From: Octopus vulgaris
Lineage: Eukaryota
Reading direction: 5' to 3'
Assembly (NCBI GenBank): GCA_951406725.2
Contig: OX597818.1
Coordinates: 134,292,001-134,356,000 of the forward strand
Length of the DNA: 64,000 nucleotides
Below the pieces are notes generated by a model. That model saw only the letters and a program-made list of their open reading frames with translations, searched no databases and was not told the origin of the DNA. How positions within the stretch are numbered: position 1 is the first letter of the stretch; the number at the start of each line of letters is the position of its first letter. A program made the translations under genes and the position numbers. Positions 39,110 through 53,006 of this stretch are shown one piece after another.

Positions 39110-40085
39110 GTGAAAATCTCTGCAAATGGTAGGTTTACATTTCCGTTGAAGATGTTGAAAGTCGGATGAGATTTCCCTGCATCCTCCGTCGTTTGAGTGA
39201 AAGCAATGCCAGCCATTGGATATGTTCCCCTTATGCAAACTTAGACAAGCCCGCCCCCATTTGGGTGGCCAAGTGCTGAACCCGTTCCAGGTGGTGAATG
39301 TCTTTCTGGATATATGGGTTTCAGGTATGCATGCAATATTCGAGGATGGGTCGAACTAGAGTGATATATACAGGCCAAAAGACGTCCATTGAAGGGTTGG
39401 CAAAGGATCGGTGGATGAGGAAAAGATTCCTTCTGGCTTTGTTCACTGTCTCGATACCCTGCCGTGGTAATTTGAAAGTAGTGTCGATCCTTATGCTGAG
39501 ATCCTTTTCTTCAGTGACCATCTTAAGATGTTGATGTTTGTGGCCAATATTCAAGGGAGAGTTTGGAGGTGAACCTATTGGCAAATGGCTGCATTTTAAG
39601 GCGTTAAAGTTCAGATTCCATTCTTCCGCCCAATTCCAAGCTCAGTTCAGCGACGATTGGAGTATGTCGTATTGATTCCTAGGTGAGACAAGTTTGACGT
39701 CGTCTGCAAATAGGAGAACTCTTCCATCAAGAAAATCTGGCAGGTCGTTGATATAGAGAAGGAAAAGTATTGGCCCCAGCACCGACCCCTGGGGAACGCC
39801 GCTGCATGCATTCATCTCCGCGGGGAGATCTCCATTTATCTGCACCCAAAATGTTCGATAGCTAAGGAAGGAAGAAATCCACAAAGTCACCAATGGATGA
39901 ATCTTGAATGCTCGAAGTTTGCGCAAGAGAAGTCAGTGATTAACGGAGTCAAACGCCTTTGCTAAGTCCAAAAATACCACGCCCACCAAGTCTTTTTCAT
40001 CCATGGTCCTTGTAATCCATTCTTCAAGAAGGAGAAGATTTGTTAAGCAAGATCTTCAGGGTAGAAATCCATGCTGCGAGTCGGA
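39110..40085 (-). mobile_element. CR1-like LINE RT fragment
   Basis: FLDLAKAFDSV, SGVPQGSVLGPILFLLYINDLP, LLFADDVKL, LVRPILEYC. Confidence 0.88.
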
Positions 40086-41307
40086 TATTTCTTGGTACCA
40101 TATTCAGATAATTGTATAATGCTTTGGTTGGAAATAGCTGTGGGAATGACCTGAACATTGTGAATAAAAACAAAGTCGAATATGTTATTTTCCCCTAATT
40201 GGACGGGTAATGATTTGTTGTATGAGAAAGTCTTTTTTTGTATCGAGAAAAGGGTTCATATCCCTCCACTTCAGTTGCTTAGTTCCAGGCTGGATATAAT
40301 CCTCGGACCAGCAAAGATTAGTAAGATTAAAGACCCCTGTTAAAAGTATAGTAGCTTGTGTGCTGGCCTCAGCTAGGGTTAGACTTATGAGCAAAAAATA
40401 GTACCTCTGAAGTGATCTTCGTGGTTAACCGCGTTAGGATGGCGGTAGGTAATGCTTTTAATATAATTTCCTTTTTATATAAATTAGTCCGAAATTGTCG
40501 AATACATTTCTTTGCAAATTAGGTAATTTCGGGGTTGGTCTGCAATCATTTATAGTTAAATGTTTCCTTTCAAAATCTTTTTTTTTATTAAGCTGGACTA
40601 GTATTTCGAATGAGCAATAAGTATCAAAGCATTTAACAAGGACCATTAAATATCAAAGATAAAAATAAATCATTTTGTTCCCTTTTCAAACTTTGGACCT
40701 AACAACCTAAATGAGAAAACCGATATGACTGAAAGAATTTTTAAAGGGTTTTTATTTTTAGGCTGAGGTCAAACAGTCGAATCCATTCAACCATGTCGTC
40801 AGTCTTTAGCAACGTCAACTACAAAGAACTTGAGAGGTGACAGACTGAGAGAGGACAAGAACCTTCACACATTTTCAGCATTGCAAGATTTTGGAGTTAT
40901 TTTTGTCAGAATAGAGCTGTCTTCAAGAATCCAAGTGATGCTATGTATTGAAGAGTAGCCGTAGACGCTGGTCATGTTGTTGTTTGCTGTTACTGTTGTT
41001 GTTGTCACATACTTTTTATTTTGATGCTACCTTGCTTCAGAAGTTGGTTAGTCATGAATTCCCTTGGGAATTTTAAGCCCAGATTCATCACTTTTATTTA
41101 TTTTTGTTTTTTGTTTTTGCTTTGAAAGGAAATCTAGCTTCAAGCATCTTATACAGATAATTTTTTAGACACTATTTTCTGAACTGGTAAAATTATGTAG
41201 GGGGTGCAAATTTTGATCTTGCACCACCTGAAAATTCCAAGGGGTGCAGGTGCACCCGCGGCACCCCCTGTTCCCGGGCCCTTGTATGTATGTATGTATG
41301 TATGCAT

Positions 41308-41936
41308 GGTCGGGCCGTCGGCGACTAAACTGGCAACCCCACCAACCTTCCTTAGTGAGGAGGGTGTTTATTGGATACCCTGCGGGATGAAAAACAAAAC
41401 CCGTCAATGGGCGGAGGAACTCTTGAGAGTCAACGGCCATCCAATAAATGTGTTTTTTTGTGTTTTTTTTCTGTTTTTCTCTTAAGGTTTAAGGCTGTAT
41501 CATGCGCGGGGACACAGATATAATCGGACTGAATACCCGATCGCGCGGTTAAACCATTAGAAGTGAAGGTCTCCTAGCCTTTGTTAGGGCATCCTTCTAG
41601 GAGAAGGTAACTCAGGTAACTGGGATAACTCCGATATAAAATCTGCGGCTCAGTGGTTACCGATGATGTTGACTTGTTCTTTTTTTCGGATTATGGCTGT
41701 TGTTGCTTAGTGAGTGGGATTGACTCAGTGCACAGCCTTTCCTCACTTTAAAAAAATCTTCTTGCTCAGGCATTGCACGATAACAACATTGATTATGATT
41801 GTTTATAGTGCTGTGAGTCTCAACTGAACGGCTGGCTGTAGCCTTAAAAAGCAAATAAAAGTCACATTCGATCACAGCACCAATAACAGTTAAGCTTCGT
41901 GCAATGGCCATACTCGATAACGAGGGGGCAGCCATC
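41308..41936 (+). mobile_element. Non-coding insertion in (TATG)n with an RTE-5'UTR-like motif
   Basis: Flanked by TATG arrays on both sides. Contains GGGCATCCTTCTAGGAGAAGGTAACTC, reminiscent of RTE leaders. Confidence 0.45.
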
Positions 41937-42018
41937 GTATGTATGTATGTATGTATGTATGTATGTATGTATGTATGTATGTATGTATGTATGTATGTAT
42001 GTATGTATGTATGTATGT

Positions 42019-42052
<34 letters not shown>

Positions 42053-42073
42053 GGATGGATGGATGGATGGATG

Positions 42074-42136
<63 letters not shown>

Positions 42137-42544
42137 GGATAGATATGGTAATGTAAAGAGGAAAAATAGAACTCGAAATATGAGTATATGTGTATTTTTA
42201 TTAATATCTTGCAGAAGCAACAGAGTGACTAAAGAACTGGGAGTTTGGTATGTTTTAGAGAAGTGTCATCGCATGAAACTCTTGGTTCTTACCTGGGAAT
42301 GAAATTTTTCTTTATATATTGGAAGAAAAAAGCAAAATATGTTGTATAGAAATTTGTTATTCTAAATTCAATTTATTCTCCAATCGGGATACAATCTATT
42401 CGTTAATTAAGAAATCAATTCTGTAGACATAATATAAAATAACAATGATGATGATGATGATGATGATGAAGATGACGACGACGACGACGACGGCGACGAT
42501 GAAGATGATGATGATGATGATGATGATGATGATCCACCTTAAAT

Positions 42545-43556
42545 TTTTCTGTCATTTCTTTCTCCATCTATTTATCCATTTCCAAAATCCCCAAGTACTT
42601 ATAGCCTGTCTCTTCTATCTACTTCATAACCTCCTCCGACGGTATCGTTAGCCCGTCCATACATTTGATTTTTGCCTCTCTTCAAGACTAACACACCACA
42701 CTCTCTCGGTCCGAATTCCATTCTGATAACAGCACTGAAGGTATACACTGTATCAACGAGGGAACTGATTTGGGCTTCATCTTCACCATAAAGTTTGAGG
42801 TCATCCATGAATAACAAATGGCTGACTTTTTGCTGGCGGCTTTTGAATACATACCCAGCTTTTGCTTTCCTCGGAATCAGTGTTAGTGGTATCAAGCACA
42901 GTACAAAGATCAGTGGGGACAGGCAGTCTCCTTGGAAGATGCCCCTCCTAATTTCTACTGTCCCTAAACTTCTTCCGTATGCTATCAGGCCCGTCCTCCA
43001 ATTCACCATACTTTTTCCAAGCAATCGCTCAACATTCAATGCAATACCAAATACGTTCATACACTCCATTATCCAAGAATGGGGGATCATATCGAACACC
43101 TTATGATAGTCGATCCATGACATGGCTAAGTTACTTTTCCTCCTCTTGCAGTCTCTAAATACTTGCTGCCTTGATCAAATTATTTGTTTCTGTGATGTTG
43201 TTTGTTCTGATGTATTTCAGAATTTCATTGACATTTTTCGTTTCTTGGTTCAATTTCCGTCGATCAACCTTTTGCACAGACTGAGACTGATCCTTAAGTC
43301 GAAATTAAACAGACAGAATAAGATCGAAGCTACCAACACCTGGGCGGTTTCACTCATTAGATATGGAGCAGGGGTAATCACATGGACAGTAGACGAGCTA
43401 AACAGCTTAGACAGAAAGACAAGGAAGTTGTTAACTAGATATGGGTCACTCCACCCAAAAAGTGACACAGTCAGACTGTATGTACCAAGAAAAAGAGGAG
43501 GAAGAGGACTTATTGGATGCGAACACAGCGTTAGAGCAGAAGGAAACAACATAGCA
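42545..43556. mobile_element. Rearranged Dong/R4-like LINE (RT on minus strand, adjoining downstream region on plus strand)
   Basis: Minus: WIDYHKVFD, RGIFQGDCLSP, LFMDDLKLY. Plus: RLRLILKSKLN...LHPKSDTVRLYVPRKRGGRGL. Confidence 0.85.
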
Positions 43557-44165
43557 CAGCCATTGATGATGGTAGCTTCTGTCACATTAGGTGGTAATGT
43601 CTTCACAATCAACTTTGTCCCATTGCATAATTTAGGAGGATCTAAATTTCTTAGAAGCATTATTGAGACTGTTACCTTCAGAAAAAAGTTTATATGGAGG
43701 AGTTCCAGGTGGCTCGAGAGAATTAAGGAACTCCGTTGGGTAATGGACAGCTTGATTTTCTCCAAGGACTGAACCAACTGATTTGTACTTCTTAATGACT
43801 GTTGGAATCTTATTCATTAATTCATGGTTAATCCTTGCTACTGTCTCGTTTTTTGGAGCAAGAATTGTCCTTTCACACAACCACTTATGTGAATTATAAT
43901 TATTACTTAAGTGTGGAAATACCGTTCTTCAATTCAGCTGGGGAATTCTCCATGATAGCAATGTGAGCCAAACTGATATCACCATTCCCATCAAATGGTA
44001 CTTTCCCATTTCCTAATTGGAGGAGCCAGGCTGAAAACTGTTTTGCACATTGGTCCCCATGTAATAAAGCTCGCACATTAGTATTGAAGGAGAATTTCAG
44101 TACTTTATTCCATAGGCGGGAAGACTCAATGCATGCTTTTATTTAATCAGATCTTGTTCGTCTCG
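43556..44165 (-). pseudogene. Helitron Rep/Hel PIF1-type helicase fragment
   Basis: ERTILAPKN..YPTEFLNSLEPPGTPP, IMLLRNLDPPKLCNGTKL. Confidence 0.88.
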
Positions 44166-45529
44166 GACACATAAATATTCCAAATTTCTTTTATGAGTTC
44201 TTTTTCCTGGTCTTCAGATAATACTACTTCCATCCTCCCCTCCTCATTCCAGCTGTCTTGCAATTCCGCCCCCCCCCCCAATCCTTTCAATCTTTTAAGC
44301 ACATCTTCAATCTCCCGTCTGACTGAACCCTATTTAATTTAATATTAAGCAAAAGAACTTAATTAAGCGTGAGAGTTGGGTCTCACAAATGTTTAAGTGC
44401 AAAAGCCGAGAACAATAGAAAAAGAACTGGCAGTAAAATGTAGATTCGGTTTCGAATCCTGGTTTAGAATCTAGGAAGTTATTTATTACACACACACACA
44501 CACACACACATACACGACGGGTTTCTTTCAGTTTCCGTCTACCAAATCCATTCACAAGGCTTTGGTCGGCCCGAGGCTATAGCTCAAGGTATCACACAGT
44601 GGGTCTGAACCAGGAACCATGTGGTTGCAAAGCAAACTTCTTACCACACAGTCACACGCCGACGCCTATATTTACTTGCAGTTCTACATTGAAATTTCCA
44701 GATATTGAACATACCAATAATTCTAAATTTCTTGGAAAACAGCGAAATTTAATAGGAAACTTAATACATCGAGACAAACAGTGACCTTATTTGAGAGAGT
44801 TTCTCGAGTGTTGTTCATTGTTTTCTATATTTTAAAAATACGAAATTAGATGACATTTCTAAGTCGGTCGCTTGTCTGGTCGCAGTTATGGTTCAACGAA
44901 ATTCGGCAACAGGGTTTGAGAAATAATTATTCTAGTCGTTTCCCAGAAATTCTCCAAATTTTATTTCACTTTCCTAATACCTTTTCGACAACAGTTGATG
45001 GTGTCCTCATTTCCCCCCCCCCAAACACCCACGCCATCTTCTCCCTCTCAGTACTTCACTACTTTTTCTCACCCACCTCCTCATCATCTATGTTATATAA
45101 TACTTGACATTTTCAAGCAAACAATAAAAGAGAGAGAGAGAGAAAAAAAAAGCAAGCAAAATAACGCGCTAACGTTATTTGACGTTATATAAGAGGCAAG
45201 CTAATTTACACATAGATACGCTACACATACTTCTACACAAGTTTACAATTCTATTATTAGTATCAGTAATTCCACTTTCCTTTTACCATTTATAGCCATT
45301 TATGAAAAAGGCTTTCTTTAACATCATAGTTAATGTATCTTGGGATGGAAGGAATGAGAGTTTACGATGTTCACCCACAAACTTCCTAAGGGCATTAAAG
45401 GAGTAAATGGGCGCAGGAATGATGATGTAGTTAAGAGGTTGACTTCGAAAATATGTGAGCCAGGGTTCGATTTCACTGCGCCGATAACTTTTTCGTTCTT
45501 CACTTGTTTATTATTTTCTTTTTTTTTTC

Positions 45530-45930
45530 TTTTTACTTGTTTCAGTCATTTGACTGCGGCCATGCTGGAGCACCGCCTCTAGTCGAGCAAATCGACCCCG
45601 GGACTTATTCTTTGTAAGCCCAGTACTTATTCTATCGGTCTCTTTTGCCGAACCGCTAAGTGACGGGGACGTAAACACACCAGCATCGGTTGTCAAGCAA
45701 TGCTAGGGGGACAAACACAGACACACAAACACACACACATACATAAACATAGATATACATATATACGACAGGCTTCTTTCAGTTTCCGTCTACCAAATCC
45801 ACTCACAAGGCATTGGTCGGCCCGGGGCTATAGCAGAAGACACTTGCCCAAGATGCCACGCAGTGGGACTGAACCCGGAACCATGTGGTTGGTTAGCAAG
45901 CTACTTACCACACAGCCACTCCTGCGCCTA
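45530..45930 (-). mobile_element. SINE family B, full length
   Basis: Close match to the other family B copies. Confidence 0.9.
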
Positions 45931-46024
45931 TAATTGTTCTTATTTTATGTCCATTGTTTGGAAATCTTTTGTCTTCAGCGAAATTTTTTGTCTTCAGAGC
46001 AGGAGGAGACACGCGGGATGGAAA

Positions 46025-46068
46025 GTCGCTGAAGAGGTCACAGGGCGTGTGACGAAGGATTTCCAGAC
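46025..46068 (+). ncRNA. Hammerhead-like motif (GAAG in place of GAAA) inside a fold-back
   Basis: CUGAAGA-G-GUCACA(gggcg)UGUGAC-GAAG-GAUUUC/CAGAC. A related copy at 48200-48245 retains GAAA. Confidence 0.55.
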
Positions 46069-46254
46069 AATGGACATAAAATAAGAACAATAATAAACAA
46101 GTGAATAACGAATATATAATGCGTGTGATTATTTGGCAAGAAAAAAAATTACCATCCCGAAATATAGCAACAACTGCTACAACATAAGATTTCATACACA
46201 TCAGGAATCTTGCAAAACGAATGCATAAACGTAAGTGTGTGTGTGTAACAACAG

Positions 46255-47930
46255 ATAGATACACATTATTTACAATGGGCGGATAGGTGTCCTCACATTG
46301 TTTGTTGTCACACAACGTTCCGGCTGGTGTACTCTCCAGCCTTCATCAGGTGTTCTGATGGAATTTCGAACCCAGAGGGCTAGTAGCCTACGCTCTTATC
46401 CACCATGCTATATGCCCGTAGGGAAGTATAGAGTGAATTTTGGGGCTTATAAACCTAATATTTTATCTTTTCTTAATACCTATTTCTTTATTACACACAA
46501 GGGGCTAAACATAGAGGGGACAAACAAGGACAGACAAACAGATTAAGTCGATTACATCGACCCCAGTGCGTAACTGGTACTTAATTTATCGACCCCGAAA
46601 GGATGAAAGGCAAAGTCGACCTCGGCGGAATTTGAACTCACAACGTAACGCAGACGAAATACCGCTAAGCATTTCGCCCGGCGTGCTAACGTTTCTGCCA
46701 TAATACCAGTTCCCATATTACATTCCTATCTGCACTAGGTCTGCTTAGGTTATTGTGTCCCAGCATATGTGCAGCCTCTTTTAATTTTCGTATTTTCCAG
46801 TGGTATTCCCTGTCTATTATCTTAACTTCATCCCACAGGAGGAGGAGGTCACCGTTTTTCCATACATGATCGGCTTTATTCAATTTTTCAATATCCTCTC
46901 GTATCACAGCTTTACGATGCTCCGCCACCTTTATTTTAAGGTAAGGAGGCAGCATGTTTCGCCGTTGTATAACCTACCGCAACTGCATAGAATGGAGTAC
47001 ACGCAGCTTTTGGTCATATTCTGTTCTATGGGTGGTTTTACTCGGAGGAGATATTTGCGAATTGTTGTATTACTTCTGAATACTGTCCTGATGTCATATG
47101 GGCCGCATATCTTTTGTATCTTTTCCGAGAGGCCTTTGACATAGGTTAGACAGCATCTCTCCTCTTTCTAATCAGAGTGGATAGTATGTTCTCTGGGTAG
47201 TTGTTGCCTAGTAGATTGTTTCTTAGCCTAATCATTTCTTCGTGGTGCGTACCAAGGTCGCTACTTACAGTCTTGTGTTTATTGAGCGAAAACACCTAAA
47301 AAGCTCCACGAGGCTCCGGCAGGGGATGGTGGTGATCCCTGCTGTACTCTTTCACCACAACTTTCTCTCACTCTTACTTCCTGTTTCTGTTGTACCTGTA
47401 ATTCAAAGGGGCCGGCCTTGTCACTCTCTGTGTCACGCTGAATATCCCCGAGAACTACGTTAAGGGTACACGTGTCTGTGGAGTGCTCAGCCACTTACAC
47501 GTTAATTTCACGAGCAGGCTGTTCCGTTGATTCGGATCAACCGGAACCCACGTCGTCGTAATCGACGGAGTGCTTCCACTTACAGTCTTTGCTCGATTTT
47601 TAGGCACTGAGCAATCCCTTTCTTTATACAGTATGGACGGTGGGAAATGAAGTCGAAGTATTGTCCAGTGAAGGTTGGATTGCAGTATACGATGTCCTGA
47701 ACCCATACTCAGTGTGTGTAATTAATACATCCAGGAATGTCAACTGATTGTCTTTTTCTTTTTCCATTGCGAACTGTATGGATGGCTTTATTGAGTTCAC
47801 ATGATCTAGCAGTATTTGGACAGCCTCTTGGTAGGTCCAGTATATAAAGGTGTCATCAATACATCGAAGCCATAGCGTTGACTTTAATGATGTTTTGTGA
47901 AAAAAAAAGTTTTCATCAGGTGAATACATG
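46255..47930 (-). mobile_element. Penelope-like element (RT, GIY-YIG, 3' terminal repeat), interrupted by SINEs
   Basis: LWLRCIDDTF...IQFAMEKEKDNQLTFLDVLI, CVYSILCSCGRLYNGET, WDEVKIIDRE..RKLKEA. Hammerhead motif at 46310-46353 (GGAA-mutated). SINE D at 46483-46700, SINE A at 47275-47578. Confidence 0.88.
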
Positions 47931-48034
47931 GATCAAAACATTCAAAAGCCAACCGTTTGTACCACTTCATGATCTTATGACCAGAGCCTTACCACTTAAA
48001 TGCCCGATTCACTCGAATCCTAATTTATCATATG

Positions 48035-48080
<46 letters not shown>

Positions 48081-48232
48081 CATATATATATATACATAGA
48101 TGTGTATATATATATATAGAGAGAGAGAGACAGAGACAGACAGACAGACAGACAGAGAATGGACTAAACAGAACAGGAGGATGTACGTGGGATGGAAGAG
48201 TTGTTAAAGAGGTTACAGATGTGTGGCGAAAG

Positions 48233-48743
<511 letters not shown>

Positions 48744-48750
48744 ATACATA

Positions 48751-48823
<73 letters not shown>

Positions 48824-48842
48824 ACGTGCATACATGCACATC

Positions 48843-48904
<62 letters not shown>

Positions 48905-49710
48905 TGTATGTATGTATGTATGTATGTATGTATGTATGTATGCGTTTATGACTGTGTTTGTCCTCCACCATCGCTTGACAACTGGTATCGGTGCGTTTAT
49001 GCGCCCGTAACTTAGCAGTTCGGCAAAAGGATAACGCTAGAATAACTACTCGGCTTTAAAAGCAAAATAAGTCTTGGCGTTGATTTGTTCGACTAAAACC
49101 CTTAAAGGCGTATGGATGGCACGCACTCTTTCTTCTCCCCTCTTTAATTCCTTCTTTCTCTCCCTACCCCCTTGTTGCCTTCGTCCCTCTTTCTCTCTCT
49201 CTCTTTGTTTCCTTTGCCCCCTTTCTTTTCTCTCTCTTCTGTCACGTGACCGCCGGTCAAAATCAGCCTTTTGGCCTCCGACCACTGCCGTGAGAACATC
49301 TGTTGTCTTCGTCTGCCGATAAAGGCATTTTTTCAAAATACGCCAGCTAAACTTTTTGTACTGTTTATTAGTCGTAAGACACCCGCTGTTTTTTTGTCCT
49401 GTTTTTACCATTATTGTTTTTTATGGCCGCAATAAGATGGCTGAAACAGGCAAAAGTTAAAAGATACAAGCATATAAAGCGTTATTTCAATGATATTTAC
49501 TTTGCTGCTCACAATTTCCAAGTCAGCCACAACACAATGGTGAGTCCAAAATGAATAGAAAAGTCAAAAACAAAGAATAAAAAAAAATTACAAATAGAAG
49601 AAAAAAAAATGTAGGTGGCATCTTGGGGAAGTGTCTTCTGCTATAGCCCCGGGCCGACCAATGCCTTGTGAGTGGATTTGGTAGACGGAAACTGAAAGAA
49701 GCCTGTCGTA

Positions 49711-49793
<83 letters not shown>

Positions 49794-50216
49794 TTGTGTT
49801 TGTCTACCTAGCATTGCTTGACAACCGATGCTTGTGTGTTTACATCCCCGTAACTTAGCGGTTCGGCAAAAGAGACCGATAGAATAAGTACTGGGCTTAC
49901 AAAAAGAATAAGTCCCGGGGTCGATTTGCTCGACTAAAGGCGGTGCTCCAGCATGGCCGCAGTCAAATGACTGAAACAAGTAAAAGAGTAAAGAGTAAAG
50001 AGTAAAGTAAGATTAGAAGGAACAATGCACCCAACCCTTACCTGACGAATATTAAAGACTTGATTAAAATCTTAAGAGGTACCTCAGAATTCTCGTCCAA
50101 GCGGATAAAACTGGATACCTATATAACAGTATCTATCTCCTCCACCCTATCTCTCTCTCTATCTCTCTTTCTGTGTATACACAGACGCGCGCACATACAC
50201 ATACATCATACACATA

Positions 50217-50449
50217 TATTTCTTTATTGCCCACAAGGGGCTAAACATAGAGGGGGACAAACAAGGACAGACAAACGGATCAAGTCAATTACACTGACCC
50301 CAGTGCGTAACTGGTACTTAATTTATCGACCCCGAAAGGATGAAAGGCAAAGTCGACCTCGGCGGAATTTGAACTCAGAACGTAATGGCAGACGAAATAC
50401 GGCTACGCATTTCGCCCGGCGTGCTAACGTTTCTGCCAGCTCGCCGCCT
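50217..50449 (-). mobile_element. SINE family D
   Basis: Matches 61213-61432 and 46483-46700. Confidence 0.85.
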
Positions 50450-50518
50450 TATTTAGATAGATATATCTTATAGATAGATATATACATGCATTTATACACA
50501 CATGCAAACATACGTTGT

Positions 50519-50896
50519 GCCACTCCGTCGGTTACGACGACGAGGGTTCCAGTTGATCCGAATCAACGGAACAGCCAGCTCGTGAAATTAACGTGTGAGT
50601 GGCTGAGTACTTCACAGACACGTGTACTCTAAACGTGGTTCTCGGGGATATTCAGCGTGACACAATGTGTGACAAGGCTGGCCCTTTGAAATACAGGTAC
50701 AACAGAAACAGGAAGAAAGAGTGAGAAAATTGTGGTGTAAGAGTACAGCAGGGTCCGCAATCACCCCCTGCCGTAGCTTCGTGGAGCTTTAGGTGTTTTC
50801 GCTCAGTCAACACTCACAACGCCTGGTCTGGGAATCGAAACCGCGATCCCACGACAGCGAGTCCGCTGCCCTAATCAATGAGCCATTGCACTTCCA
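50519..50896 (-). mobile_element. SINE family A, diverged copy
   Basis: Homology to family A throughout. Confidence 0.85.
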
Positions 50897-51153
50897 CAAT
50901 GCATACGTAAGTGTATGTATATACATATTTTATCCTTTACTTGTTTCAGCCATTTCACTGCGGCCATGTTGGAGCACCGCCTCGAAGGGTTTTGTAGTCC
51001 AACAAATCGACGCTACGACTTTTTTTTTTAGCCTAGTACTTCTATCAGTCCCTTCTGCCGAGCCTCTAAGTTACGGGGACATAAACAAATCAACACTGGT
51101 TGTGAAGCGAAGATGGGAGATAAACACAGGTACATACACTTACGCGCGCGCGC

Positions 51154-51214
<61 letters not shown>

Positions 51215-51419
51215 AACACGACGGGCTTCATTCATTTTCTATCTACCAAATCTACTCACAAGGCTTTGGGCGGCCCGAGGCTATAGCAGAAGGCGCTTGA
51301 TCAAGGTGCCACGCAGTGGGACTGAACCCCAAACCATATGGTTGGGAAGCAAATATATACGTATATATATACATATATACATATATATATGTGTGTATGT
51401 GTGTGTGTGTGTGTGTGTA

Positions 51420-52359
51420 TCAATAATAACAAAGGGTAAAATTAATTAATTAAGAAGTAATCAATAATTTCACCAAGTAGAATTCGGTGTGAAAAAGGAC
51501 CATTTCACGGTAAACTTAAGTAATACTTAATAAAAAGGGTTCAAAAAAGATTTGCTTTACCACATACCGAAGTTTAGAAATAGCAGCCAAAAAATCTTAG
51601 CTATTTCTTCTACTTTAAAAAGGGACTCCTAGAGAAACCAAAATAGGAGTGGCTGTGTGGTAAGTAGCTTGCTAACCAACCACACGGTTGCGGGTTCAGT
51701 CCCACTGCGTGGCATCTTGGGCAAGTGTCTTCTGCTATAGCCCCGGGCCGACCAATGCCTTGTGAGTGGATTTGGTAGACGGAAACTGAAAGAAGCCTGT
51801 CGTATATATGTATATATATATGTATGCGTGTGTTTGTGTGTCTGTGTTTGTCCCCCTAGCATTGCTTGACAACCGATGCTGGTGTGTTTAGGTCCCCGTC
51901 ACTTAGCGGTTCGGCAAAAAGAGACCGATAGAATAAGTACTAAAAGGTGGTGCTCCAGCATGGCCGCAGTCAAATGACTGAAACAAGTAAAAGACTAAAA
52001 GACTAAAAAGACTTGAAAATAATTCACACAGGCAGAGAGGAAAGCAACGAAAATCAATCAATATCTGGTCATCCATAGACGCGCGTTAGGAATGCCATGC
52101 TGATGAAGAAAATGGTTGGTAATGTATAATTTTATATTCTTTATGCAAACCTAATTCCGAAACGCGCGTCTATGGATGACCAGATATTGATTGATTTTCG
52201 TTGCTTTACTCTCTGCCTGTGTGAATTATTTTCAAGTATTTTGGTTTCTCTAGGAGTCCCTTTTTAAAGTAGAAGAAATAGCTAAGATTTTTGGCTGCTA
52301 TTTCTAAACTTCGGTATGTGGTAAAGCAAATCTTTGCTGAACCCTTGTTATAAAGTATA
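51420..52359. mobile_element. Fold-back PLE-type element with central hammerhead; left arm interrupted by SINE B
   Basis: ~200-bp inverted arms (about 51524-52087 minus the SINE, versus 52161-52359). Confidence 0.82.
52095..52175 (+). ncRNA. Type I hammerhead ribozyme with long helix II
   Basis: CCAUG-CUGAUGA-A-G...C-GAAAC(GCGC)GUC/UAUGG. Helix I CCAUG:UAUGG, palindromic ACGCGCGU, GUC cleavage triplet ending at 52170. Confidence 0.78.
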
Positions 52360-52377
52360 TATATATAAAGGAAGGTA

Positions 52378-52690
52378 TATGGCTCTTGGTTAGAGTGTCG
52401 AGCATACAATCATGAAGTAGTAAGTTTGATTCCCGGACCAGGCTGTGTGTTGTGTTCTTGAGCTTGGCACTTTATTTCACGTTGCTCCAGTCCATTCAGA
52501 AATTAGTTGCGACGTCACTGGTGCCAAGCTGTATCGGCCTTTGCTATTCCCTTGGATAACATCAGTGGCGTGGAGAGGAAAGGCTGATATGCATGGGCGA
52601 CTGCTGGTTTTCCATAAGCAACCCCTTGCCTAGACTTGTGCCTCAGAGGATAACTTTCTAGGTGCAATCCCATCGTCATTTATGACCGAT
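52378..52690 (+). mobile_element. Diverged tRNA-derived SINE, family E
   Basis: A box TGGCTCTTGGTTAGAG, B-box-like AGTTTGATTCCC, followed by TCTTGAGC..GGCACTT. Confidence 0.6.
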
Positions 52691-52921
52691 GAAAGAGGTG
52701 TGGAGTCTTTACCCTATACTCTTTTACTTGTTTCAGTCATTTGACTGCGGCCATGCTGGAGCACCGCCTTTAGTCGAGCAAATCGACCCCGGGACTTATT
52801 CTTTGTAAGCCCAGTACTTATTCTATCGGTCTTTTTTGCCGAACCGCTAAGTGACGGGGACGTAAACACACCAGCATCGGTTGTCAAGCAATGCTAGGGG
52901 GACAAACACATACACACACAT

Positions 52922-53002
<81 letters not shown>

Positions 53003-53006
<4 letters not shown>

